This document shows positions 26,556 to 37,729 of a stretch of DNA of 64,000 nucleotides, in pieces; position 1 is the stretch's first letter, and each line of letters starts with the position of its first letter. The translations under genes were made by a program, and so were the position numbers. Source of the DNA: Eledone cirrhosa. Taxonomy: Eukaryota. The DNA is taken from assembly GCA_964016885.1 (NCBI GenBank), contig OZ024741.1:121768001-121832000 (forward strand), written 5' to 3'. The notes beneath the pieces are model-generated. The model was not told the DNA's origin. It saw only the letters and a program-made list of their open reading frames with translations, and made no database searches.

Positions 26556-26948
26556 GTGGTAGAACACTGGAAGGTAATATCCGTAGTGGTAGAGCACTCA
26601 GTCCATGGGACGAGTTAGGTAGAAGTGGTTACACAACAGTTAGTTCACCATACCGAGAACAATTGTTTCACCCTAGCGGATCCTCAGCTCGTAATGGACA
26701 TGGTTATACGGAACAGGAAGGACAACCGTACGAACGCGCATGCGCAGAAACCGTCACTTCACACAGGCAATACTTAAAAGCGTGCGAAAGGTGTAAGGGA
26801 GGTAACTGCGAAAGTCCGAAAAGTTTCTAGTTGATAATTAGAAACTTTTCTGATTTTCGCAGTTATCTCCCTTACACCTATAGGATCCGCTAGGGTGAAA
26901 CAATTGTTCTCGGTATGGTGAACTATAACTGTTGTGTAACCACTTCTA
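26556..26948. mobile_element. pLTR-like element with an inverted partial copy; same family at 23983-24050 and 42627-42880
   Basis: The identical terminus GTGGTAGAACACTGGAAGGTAATATCCG abuts (TA)n in all three copies. 26618-26684 is the reverse complement of 26883-26948. Confidence 0.75.
26654..26691 (-). ncRNA. Minimal hammerhead ribozyme
   Basis: CGAG-CTGAGGA-TCCGCTAGGGT-GAAA-CAATTG-TT-CTCG. Stem II is very short. Confidence 0.6.
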
Positions 26949-26972
26949 TATATACACACACACTCACACACG

Positions 26973-27003
<31 letters not shown>

Positions 27004-27029
27004 GAGAGACGTAAAATATATATACATAC

Positions 27030-28560
27030 ACGTTTCTCATCACCCGTACCAAATCCGCAATCATTATGTTGATTTTGGTATGGTCCGAAACAGCTGAGTT
27101 TCGGTGGATCTGATATTTGGAGGTCATGGGTTTGGCATAATGAGAATGGAGGATTTGTTTTTTGTTATTAATGGTATCTAACCAGAGCTCTGTGTCTAGT
27201 ACAGGTAATCGATGGTTGGGGTGTTTGCTTGGGTAGTCTATAGTAACTCTAATACTCTAGTGGATGGAGTTAGCTATTTGCTGGATGCTTTCCATTGTGT
27301 TTTTCTCTAATTCCTGACTGTTCTCTAGTGGGGGTGTTTTAACTACGATGTTTATATCATCAACGTATCGGGAGTAGATTATCAGGATTAAGGGGTCTTC
27401 TAATTGTTCTTTAAGTTTAAGTTTAAGTCTACCAAAATCAACATACTGATTGCGGATTTGGTTCGGGTGATGAGAAACGTGTCCCTTATGTGCAACCCCA
27501 AAGAACTAGAGAGACACATACAACACTCTGGTTACAATCAGAGAGATAAAATCAGAGTATATAGAGGAGCCAGAACCAAATGGGAAAAAATGGTAAATAA
27601 TGACACAAATGGGAATGCTCCTTGTATAGGAGCAAATTTTGGAATAGAATAGAAAGAACTAGGAATAAGGTTAATAGAATAAACTCATGGTATGATAGCA
27701 ATAAATACCAGAGTGTAATGTTCATCGATACAACCCCTAGAGGTGAATTAGCTTACAAATTTAGAAGGGCCCTAGATAAACATTGAGATAGTAGAAAGAC
27801 CAGGTACCTCCATAAAAACACTTATTAGCAATACATACCCTTTGCAAAGATCTCCCTGTATAGATAAGAAATGTATAATCTGTAAATCAAGCCCCCATAT
27901 TAACTGTAAAACTAGAAATGTAGTATATAGCATAAGATGTACTGAAGGACAATGTAGAGATAAGAATATAGTGTACATAGGTGAGACAGCTCGTAGTATA
28001 GGGGAACAGATAAATGAACACTGGCGAGACCTTCAAGATAGTAAAGAATCATCTGTACTCTACCAACATGCTAAAATAGAACATAAGGGTAAATTAGAGA
28101 ACATAGAAATAAAAATAGAATCTACACACAGAAAAGACGCAATGTTTAGACAAATCACAGAGGCAATAAACATAAATGAACTCCAACCAAAATTAAATAG
28201 AAAACATGAGTGGAACAGCAACATCACAACTTACAATTAAGGACAAAATGAAAACACACACGCACATAGAACAAACAACCAACCAGTAACATGTAAATAA
28301 ACAAATAAATAAACAAATATAAACACACACAGACACCCGGATGTAATACATGCCCAAACTAAGCACACAACACACACAAAAACAAGATGGCGTAGGACAG
28401 AACAAAGGAGAGGCACAAAAACAAAGAAAAGAATCCCCAGTCACTGAAGAGGTCACAGAATGTGTGACGAAAGAACTTTGACAATATATAAACAATCATA
28501 TGGTTGTGGAACCAACCAACCAACCAGACATTTATAAATTCCTAAATTTATAAATTTATT
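27030..28560 (+). mobile_element. Penelope-like element 3' part (GIY-YIG) with an inverted 5' segment at about 27030-27400
   Basis: ORF 27842-28240: CIICK...VVYSIRC...VYIGETARSIGEQINEH...RQITEA. A minus-strand RT fragment overlaps the INILIADLVRVMRNV region. Confidence 0.88.
28440..28482 (+). ncRNA. Minimal type I hammerhead ribozyme in the Penelope pLTR
   Basis: GTCA-CTGAAGA-G-GTCACA(gaatg)TGTGAC-GAAA-GAA-CTT-TGAC. Stem II covaries with the 18501 copy. Confidence 0.8.
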
Positions 28561-29041
28561 ATAATAAATTGAAGTGAAATATATATATATATATATATAC
28601 GATATTAAACAAATGGAAACTATATTTATATTTATAAAAATGATATTTACATTATAATACCTAATTCATAAAAATTGATAATTCAAATGGATGAGACATA
28701 ATATATTTTTAATATATTTTAAATATATCATCTTTCTTTCTTTTTCTCCTATACACTAATTTAACTGTATCCCTTCCCTTAACCTCTCACATATACGATG
28801 ATCATCTGTCAAAAAGCAACCTACTATGTTTTTTCACCATCAATGTATTTCTCTCTCTCCTTGTCTCTCTATCTCGCTCCGTTGTTTTTCTTTGCATACA
28901 TCTCTTCATCTTCTTCTTCTCATCTTCGTTTTCTTTCTATATAACTATCATAACAGTTTCACTACCAAATCAACTTTTTAAAAGGAAGTTGCATTATCAC
29001 AAGGTATGTCACTAATTATTTATAAAACAGCTTATGTATTG

Positions 29042-29107
29042 TATTTTGTCTGAGGAAGGCATAACATATTTTTAATATGATATCCCAGAAATATATATAA
29101 CGAAATA
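29042..29107 (+). ncRNA. Type I hammerhead ribozyme in a pLTR-like element (about 28600-29190, with an inverted head)
   Basis: TATTTTGT-CTGAGGA-[imperfect stem II with CATATT/AATATG]-GAAA-TATATA-TA-ACGAAATA. The 8-bp stem I covaries with the 59450 copy. Confidence 0.7.
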
Positions 29108-29241
29108 AATATGGTTTTATAAATATAAATATAGTTTCCATTTGTTTAATATCGTAAACCTACTCCAGAAACTGTTGAGTGCTTTTATATCAGTTATAAA
29201 ATATTTACTCGTTGTAACCCAACAATCTTAATTAAAACTTT

Positions 29242-29327
<86 letters not shown>

Positions 29328-29422
29328 TATTGTTATACTTTGGGAGGGTCATGTTGCCAATAAGAAACACACGCACCAGTTGCTTTCACTTCAATATATA
29401 TATATATATATATGTATATATA

Positions 29423-29474
<52 letters not shown>

Positions 29475-29542
29475 AATGTATATATATATATATATATACA
29501 TACATATATATATACATATATATATATGTATATATGTATATG

Positions 29543-29621
<79 letters not shown>

Positions 29622-30977
29622 ATATATATATATACGAGTAGTGATTACGTGTAGTGAAATGTCAGAAATCGTGGAGCGTTGACTAAAATTCCATTTCAGT
29701 ACTTGTTTTGGGCTCTTTACATTTTGAGTTCAAATCCTGCCGAGTTAAACTTTGCTTTTTATCATTTAGGAGTCAGTAAAATTAAGTACCAATCAGGCAC
29801 AGGGATTGATTTAATCAACTTTGTCCTTCCCCCAAATGTACTGGCCTTCTGCCTAAATCAGAAATCAATATAATGGTTTAGATTTATAGTGGTTTATGTT
29901 TGTAAAATCAGTCGACAAAATGTCTAGTATTTATTTTCGTTCAATTATAATATATCCTCTGGTCCATACTAGTTACTCCAAACTTGACAATTCCACAAGT
30001 AATATTATATATCATACTATGATAAGACGGAGTATACATAGAAACATGCATAATTATTTATAGATGTCATGGTTGCTAGTTCAAAAGCTTATCTTTCGAT
30101 AAACCAACAAAAAAGGTTAGCTATTATATTATTCTATATAACTGTATGTATAGGAATCTAAAACGAGAATTATGTATGACGAGAAGTTGTATGACACACC
30201 ACAGATTTTAGCATTTGAGAAGTATTTAACTATTTGGAAATAATAAATCGTATTAATACACTTTCGCCTGAAAATGTTACAGTTGCCTGGATACAAATCT
30301 CGTTCAGGTCGACCTCGTTTCACTTCTCTTCGTTCGATAAAAAATACCATACATATCCATAAAATTGAGTGATCCAACTGTCACTGTCCGTAGAGATTTG
30401 CTCGATTCCGATCTTTTTCCTTTGTGGCTAATTCAAAGAAAGTGTTTATGTAAACAAGCTTCAAACAGTATAACAACTGAAAAATAATGTTTGACAAGAA
30501 AATAGAGCATCCGTGTTTAATACATTACTATCTATCCCGACACACTGCTTAGTTTGTGTTAGATTTTGCAAAGCTGGAAATGAAAGGCATTTGTGTAATG
30601 TTATATTCCGGATTTTGTTCCAAGATTCAAAATGGGAAAATTGCATTGTGTTTTTAATAAAAAAATATGCCATATAAATAAATGTTATGAAAAAAAAAAA
30701 AGTACAAACAGTTATTTGCATAAATATTTCACAGAATAAACAGGAAGAGAGAAATAAATACAATAATGAAAAAAAAAAAAAAAGGCGAAGAGAGAAGGGA
30801 AGGGCAGATTCTACACCCTTGTCTAGGCAGTATATTTCAGTTATACTCCACAGAAAAAATGGTGTCATCTGCTGCATTAGCCATTCAATCTCACAGGGCC
30901 CCTTCCCTGAGCCTGCATGGAGATTAGAGACACAATATTTCATAATATCCATAACCGTCGAGTCAAATTTGATTCTA

Positions 30978-31188
30978 CAGATCACAACATGTTAACATGT
31001 AAATCACACATTACATTTCTCGTTGAGGAACACATCTCTCACCCTTACATATGGACCCATCTCTGTTGTTCAGGCTACATTTTGAACTATGATCACATCT
31101 TAACATGTGACTCACACATCGTATTTCTCGTTGAAACACACACCTCTAATCGTTACTAATAACTCATCTCTGTTGTCCAGGCTACAAT
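30978..31188. repeat. Diverged tandem duplication, about 110 bp unit, 2 copies
   Basis: GATCACA...TTAACATGT..TCACACAT....TTTCTCGTTGA...CATCTCTGTTGT.CAGGCTACA occurs twice. Confidence 0.75.
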
Positions 31189-31674
31189 CTAAAATGAAAA
31201 ATACAGTTTACATATATATAGATTAATATAAAGAATGGCTTGCTCATGCGCGGAGATGCTATAAAATACCTTATAAAATAGGGTGAAGACCTTTAAATAC
31301 AGAAAAGGAATTTGTCATCAATCAAAGCGCCTATCCGGTATTTGGGAGACATGGAGTTCGTTTTCTCATAGCGGCCGATGGCACTGTATTTTTTTGTCTT
31401 TAATGGTCCTCACCCTATTTCATAAAAGTCTGAGAGATCGGCTAGATATACAAGGTATTTGTTGACATATAAATATTTTTTATTCTATTCTTCTCTGCTT
31501 GATATAATTCCTTTATGACTACAATCACCTACTAATATTTAAACCACACGAGCCAATAAAGCAGTATTTTAGTGGTTGGTCGACCTACGAGAAATAGCAA
31601 ACGCATCACCTTCAAATTAAACTTATAACCTTTGAAAAGGCAACAACATAGTGGATAATGTAGTACTAGACATA

Positions 31675-31865
31675 TAATTGTTTCTACTTTTGGCACATGG
31701 CCAGCAATTACCCAGTGCATTACTGGTACTTTATTTTATCGACCCCGTAAGGATGAACGGCAAAGTTAACCTCGGCGGGATTTGAACTCAGAATGGAAAG
31801 GGCCGTAACTCAATGCGTCAAAGCATGGCATCCGACCCTCTACCGATACTGCCAATGGACCGCCC
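31675..31865 (-). mobile_element. SINE family A
   Basis: Reverse complement of the 20767/57087 family. Confidence 0.85.
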
Positions 31866-32461
31866 TAGAGTACTAGACATATAATGTCTGAGAAAAAGAC
31901 GAGAGGTTTTGAATGGAATAGTTGTAATTTCTCTACCCAATAAGGGTTTACTTGGGTCTAAAAACAAACAACGCAAAGCGCATATTCTATTCCTCTCTGT
32001 GAAAGACATTTCTCATACCTTATTACCTTATTATCAGTCTAACTCTCAAACTATCTCTACATTTAAACTTCTCCCTGAAAGATGATGTCTGTGTATATGT
32101 TGAACCCACTCTCACCGTCAATCACATCTTTCTCCAGAACTTCCAGTTATTCTTGCTCAAAGTCATCTCTCCTCCATTCCTCTAAATCCATCTCTTGTTT
32201 GTACCACTCTCGGAAATTGTTTAACCAAGAGTGACTATGCAACCTCTTGTCATCCGATATGGAAGGTAATTATCTCACTTCAATCCTTTCTGAATTCATG
32301 GTTCGACTATTTCCCAATCATCTCCAATTGATCAGGCTGGATCCCCAAGTGAGACCAGCAGACAGGACCCGCTGGAAGGCGTGTTATAGGACTCTGCTCT
32401 CACGACACACCCATGAATATATGGGCGAAAAAGAAGAAGAAGAAGAAGAAGAAGATAATTT

Positions 32462-32646
32462 AATTGTTTCTACTTTAGGCACAAGGCCAGCAATTAAACA
32501 GTGCATTACTGGTACTTTATTTTATCGACCCCGTAAGGATGAAAGGCAAAGTCAACCTCGGCGGGATTTGAACTCAGATCGTAAAGGGACGTAACTATGC
32601 TGGAAAGCATAGCGTCCGACCCTCTACTGATACTGTCAATCCACCG
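32462..32646 (-). mobile_element. SINE family A
   Basis: Reverse complement of the family consensus. Flanking GAAGAAGAAGATAATTTAAT duplication is consistent with a TSD. Confidence 0.85.
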
Positions 32647-33243
32647 AAGAAGAAGATAATTTAATGTAAGAACTATATATGTTATTGCAGTGAAGAAGAT
32701 TATTTCATAAATCTCCTTGGCACCGTTACTTCTCTCACACATGTTGCTGGTACAGAAGCCCAATCTGTTGCGATACTTAACTCACTGTATCAATTATAAT
32801 CCACACTCACGTATCAACACATAGTAACCTAAAATACAGAGTAGGTTCGTATGGGGTTACTTGATCTGCCATCAAATTCCCTCAAGCCACACTCTCACTG
32901 TCGCTTCAGAAGATGAAAGAACACATTCGAGAATTTAATCGTAGATATCTCTTAAAAATGGGGATAGTGGAGGCTAGAGTGCATTTGGTCATGGCTCTCT
33001 TGAGTCAGGGTTGACCTACGGCCATACAACCACAACAATGTAACCATCGTCGAACCACCACAACCGCCACCACAAAAAGTTAGTTTTCTGTTTCCTGTTA
33101 ATTTTCACAACAAGGTACTATAAACAAACCAGTTTTTAGACACTTTCTATTAAACTATTACACACGATATTAAGATTTAAGCTAGAAACCAGCAATGCGT
33201 TTACAAAACATTACTACTGAGAAGAAGAAATTGTTATATGGAA

Positions 33244-33435
33244 CTAACAGAATGGCCCGGCGTTGCTCGTGATTTGCTCTAGGGTTCTTATATATTTGAT
33301 ATATATTTATCCTTATTGAGCCTCGTGAAATAAATACGCTTGTTTATATTTTGTTATTGTGTATGCAAAAATATCTGTACACGAATATATAATTATATAT
33401 ATATATATTATTTTAATATATATATATATATATTA

Positions 33436-33466
<31 letters not shown>

Positions 33467-33468
33467 TA

Positions 33469-33519
<51 letters not shown>

Positions 33520-33729
33520 CAGATTAAAGTTTAAGCAAAGAATAGCTGCTTTCACTCTTAACGAGAGAGATCGCTAAATCGCCTAATGCGGTCCCTAGGG
33601 CATTGAAAATTTGAAATATTTTTTGCTCAAAACACTCACAGTGTAAAGTTTGAAATCAATCGGTTGGGTGGTTCTCGAGTTTTAGTGATCGGACAGACAG
33701 ACAGACATTCTCTGTTTTAGATATATAGA
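33244..33729 (-). mobile_element. Non-autonomous Helitron-like element
   Basis: The minus strand starts TCTATATATCTAAAA followed by (TGTC)n. It ends in a GC-rich subterminal motif GAGCAACGCCGGGCC and TTAG (a CTAG variant), between A and T. Confidence 0.65.
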
Positions 33730-33819
33730 TAAGAAAAAAAGTTTCTTTAAATATTTATATTAAACATATTTTCACTTTGTTTTGGTGTTTTAATCGCGAA
33801 ATATTCTTTTTCAACGATG

Positions 33820-34005
33820 CGGTGGATTGGTAGTATCGGTAGAGGGTCGGACGCCATGCTTTGCAGCGAAGAGTTACGTCCCTTTACGGACTAAGTTCAA
33901 ATCCCGCGGAGGTTAACTTTGCCTTTCATCCTTACGGAGTCGATAAAATAAAGTACCAGTAATACACTGGGATAGTTGCTGGCCTTGTGCCAAAAGTAGA
34001 AATAA
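33820..34005 (+). mobile_element. SINE family A
   Basis: Full-length match to the other copies. Confidence 0.85.
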
Positions 34006-34029
34006 TTAATTAATATTTAGAATAAAATC

Positions 34030-35385
34030 AAATCATAAACTGTTGTCATATTTACAAAAATGATACGTGATGGGGCCCACCCACAGCCCCGGCGGACAGA
34101 ATGGAGAAGGCGTTTCTCCGGAGGACGGCAAGGGAGACGCGCTGGAAAAGCCACTCCAACTCGCGGGCTGGCCACCTCAGCGCCTATGGTGGTGAGTAAG
34201 GAGGTAGCCCTGGGGCCGAGGATACCAGAAGTCTCCACTGCCAGGGGCACAAGCGCAAACCTGTCGGAGAGCGACCGGTATTTGAGGAGTTTGTCCCCCT
34301 CAGCCCGAAGTGCAGCAGAACCTGGGTCAGTCGCAGTCTGCACCAGGTTGCAGCTGCAGAAAGTGTCGGTGCAAGTGGAAGATGGTCATGCCATCTGGCA
34401 GTTTGCCGTTCCCTCGATCCAGCCCCACCGGCTCGAGTTGGGAAGGGAAGCCTGCAGCGTCCAAGCCATGCTTTATGACCTCGTTGAGGGCAGCATGACG
34501 TGGAATGCGGCCGGCACTGTGGCGACAGGAAAGCGGGTGGAGGCCGAAAGAATCCACGGTGGAATCGTAGCGACATTGGTGTGGCTGGCAGATCCGGAGG
34601 CCGAGCCTCAGGGAAACGCCGATGCGCAGGCTATGGTTGTCTAGCTCCGTGCCAGTGGAGAAGGAGGGCAGGGCATGGAGCCAGGCACCACTGTGGGGTT
34701 TAGAGGCCGCACGAAAACAAGCAAGGCGGTGCTGGTCGAGCTGGCGCGTGAGCCTGTCTGAGGCCAGGCTGCACTGGATGGCATCCCAAGTGCGTTGAGA
34801 GGACTTGACGTCAACAGGAGGAGAAGGATGAGGGACGTCTACTGGGCTAGGTCCCAGCCGGTCCCACGTCTCACAGGCAGCCTCACGTTCTCTGAACACA
34901 GAGGGTTCTGTTGTGTTTTGAAGAACCCTGCTGACGAGGACGCGGCACGAGGTTACCGACGAAAGATACGCCGGCAAAGCTAGTGAGATCGGGGACCGGA
35001 GGCCAAGGCCACCATACCTGACAGGTAAAGTGGCCTGTTGCCACCCTATATCGTCAAACTTGAGGTTGCATATCTCCTCGGCTGCTGCTCGGATATAAGT
35101 ATCGAGGTCAGCAAGGAGAGATGTCTGGGTGTAGCACGGAGCGCTGCGAAGGGTATAGAGGAGCTTGGGCATGGCGAAGCATTTCCTCAGCAGAAAGCGA
35201 GCTGGGTGGCCGTCAATCAAGCCCAGTCGGCTCGTGAGAGTCTGGAGTTGTTGAAGCCTGGACCTGATGGTGGAGCGGATGGCCGGCGGGTGGATCGGTG
35301 ACCCGAGGATGAGGACATCCTCTTTGGGGGTCACCCGAAACCTGGTAGAGAATGGACCGCACGTCCAAGACGGAGGCTAAACTGT
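34030..35385 (-). mobile_element. 5'-truncated CRE-like non-LTR retrotransposon (RT thumb, CCHC knuckle, restriction-like endonuclease)
   Basis: ORF 34327-35334 contains LPVRYGGLGL, SGAWLHALP, C.....D..G.H...C, RHAALN and EP...KLPDG, followed by EGDKLLKY...FALVPLAVETSG in another frame. Confidence 0.85.
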
Positions 35386-35534
35386 GTAGATATTATTGAG
35401 ATTTGTGTACAATGTCTCGTTTACATTCTATTAACTATGACTTGATAGCAACCTTTATGACGTTTTTGGCAGACAATATTTGTTAGTTCGCTGTCGTAAA
35501 TGGTAGTATAACAAGCATTTCCAACATTTTCATC

Positions 35535-36830
35535 ATGAATAAGTATTTTCCGAAGAGGCGCTTGGATCAAAGTGATCATATGTCGCCGAGGATTATATTC
35601 GAGGGTAACTTTAAAGAAATCGATGCGCACGGTAAAGTTAAACGAATGATACGACTGAGACTTACAGACCAATTCGTCTTGTTAAATATTTTTGATAAAA
35701 ATATATCTCGAACCGAAAAAAGTATTTCACTAGTCGATTCTGACCTTCGTGTTCTTGATAAAACCAATAAGAGAATTGCCTTGAATCTCCCTAACGGAAA
35801 CACAATGATATTCGAAATAAACGAGACTGATGCGATAACCAAGAGGAGCTGGGAAAATATTATTACATTAATCGATAAATTGTCACGTGAAAAAATATTG
35901 ACAAATATTGGTAAAAGTGTTTTGATTTCAGAAAATGCAGATTCGTTTGAAAAGGCGTCTCGAAATCTATTAAATGATTGCAACACAAATGAACCAATAC
36001 TTTTTGAATACTATTTCATAGAATTGGGCTTAAACTGCCAAAGAAAGGGGCAAGTTTACATTATGATAACTAACAATCACCTTTATTTGGCATCACAAAA
36101 TATATACAACTTGACTTTAAACGAACAAATATTTTTGCATGATGCTGATATGTTTGTCATGAATTACGCATGTAAGAGAATTGGAATCTATTCAAATGGT
36201 GGTGTAAGAATATTTGAATTGTGTAATAGCTGCGAGATTAATAACACAGACATTTCATGGGTGAAATTAGTCAAACTCATAAAGTGCAAAGAGAAAGAAA
36301 ACGATGCAAACGATGCAAACATCGTCATTACCCAAGATACTGAAGATTCAATTTTTATTTCGAATGATATTGAGAGCTGTCGTAATCCATTTGACCAAGA
36401 AACTAAAACATGCTTCAAATTGTATTTTGATGATAACAAAGATTCTCTAGAATTTAGTATATTAAACGATATTCGGCCACTTGTTAGATGTGCAAAAATA
36501 TCATGGGGAGACTGCTTGATTAGTGAAAACTATGTTCCCTTTGTTGGTGCTTCTTGGAATAGGTCATTGGAGTCCGGCCGAATAAATCTTCTTCGTCGTT
36601 ATGGATCCTGTCCAACACTGTACCAAGATCATAAAGTGCCTTCAAAACTGGTAAAAATGGCACCCAAAGTTAAAAGGTCTTTTTCTTCCATTTTCCTTAA
36701 TAGCAAGAAAGGGTGCCTTTCCACGCAGTGGTCACATGATGAAAATGAACTTCCAATCAGTAAGAATGATTTACTGAGGATTTCTGGTAAAATAATTTCG
36801 GGATATGATTCTACAATGTATGTTAAAAAG
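35535..36830 (+). CDS. Probable first coding exon (432 codons) of a gene with one or two divergent PH-like domains
   Basis: 461-aa non-repetitive ORF with donor AAG|GTAATT at 36830/36831. IIFEGNFKE...KRMIRLRLTDQFVLL...IFEI...KRSWENII has PH-fold spacing. A similar second block ends in ISWVKLV. Confidence 0.7.
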
Positions 36831-36869
36831 GTAATTCATTGTTCATATATTACAAAGCATATTGTAATC

Positions 36870-37300
36870 ATACTCATCATGGGGTCCTTTGATGAGAATA
36901 ATTACTATGTTCAGGGATGATGTATGTGGAGCAGCAGTGAAGGCTGAAATGAAAATGCTTTGGTTGAGGAGTGGGGTATTGCTCAGAGAGAGGAGGACAA
37001 ACAATAAATTGAAGAGGGTGATGGGAATAGAGCCAGCGATGAATGGTATGAAGAGAAATGGAACAAGATGGTTGGGTCATGTGTTGAGGACTGACTAGGT
37101 GATAGGAGTAATTGAAATGAGTGTTGGAAAGAAGTAGAAGACAAATAAAAATACGGCTGAGGATGATGAAGGGGGAAATAAAAACCAGAGGGATGAAGAA
37201 GGGAGATGCAGACATATAGGAAAATAGAGAAACTTGCCATGGAGCCCGCAAGGCTGATCTTTTTTTAGCAGGGAAAATAGCCTTTAAACGCTTAATGTTG
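36870..37300 (+). pseudogene. Decayed RTE 3' fragment
   Basis: AEMKMLW...RWLGHVLR. Confidence 0.6.
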
Positions 37301-37643
37301 AGTGTTGCTGTATATTTCATGGAATATAGTGAGATACATTAAATTCTAGTGAATAACATACACGCTATACTTGGTGTAATAGAAATGCAGGTGTTTTTCT
37401 AGAATATACCACGTCACTTTCATGATAGATTAATATAAATATGATAATAATATAATCCGAACCAGTTTATTCCAAATTAAGGTTAGTGTTATGGTTTGCG
37501 GTAGGGGTTAGAGTGAAGGGTTAATTCAATCAGCTTCCTGTGATTAACTGACACCAGATTGACAACCATATAAAACAGAAAACACGTAGGAGGTTAGTTG
37601 AAAATGTATTGTCGTGAGATGCCTAGTTCATTTTCATATAATG

Positions 37644-37703
<60 letters not shown>

Positions 37704-37729
37704 TTATAGTTAAAATGTATGTGTATATG

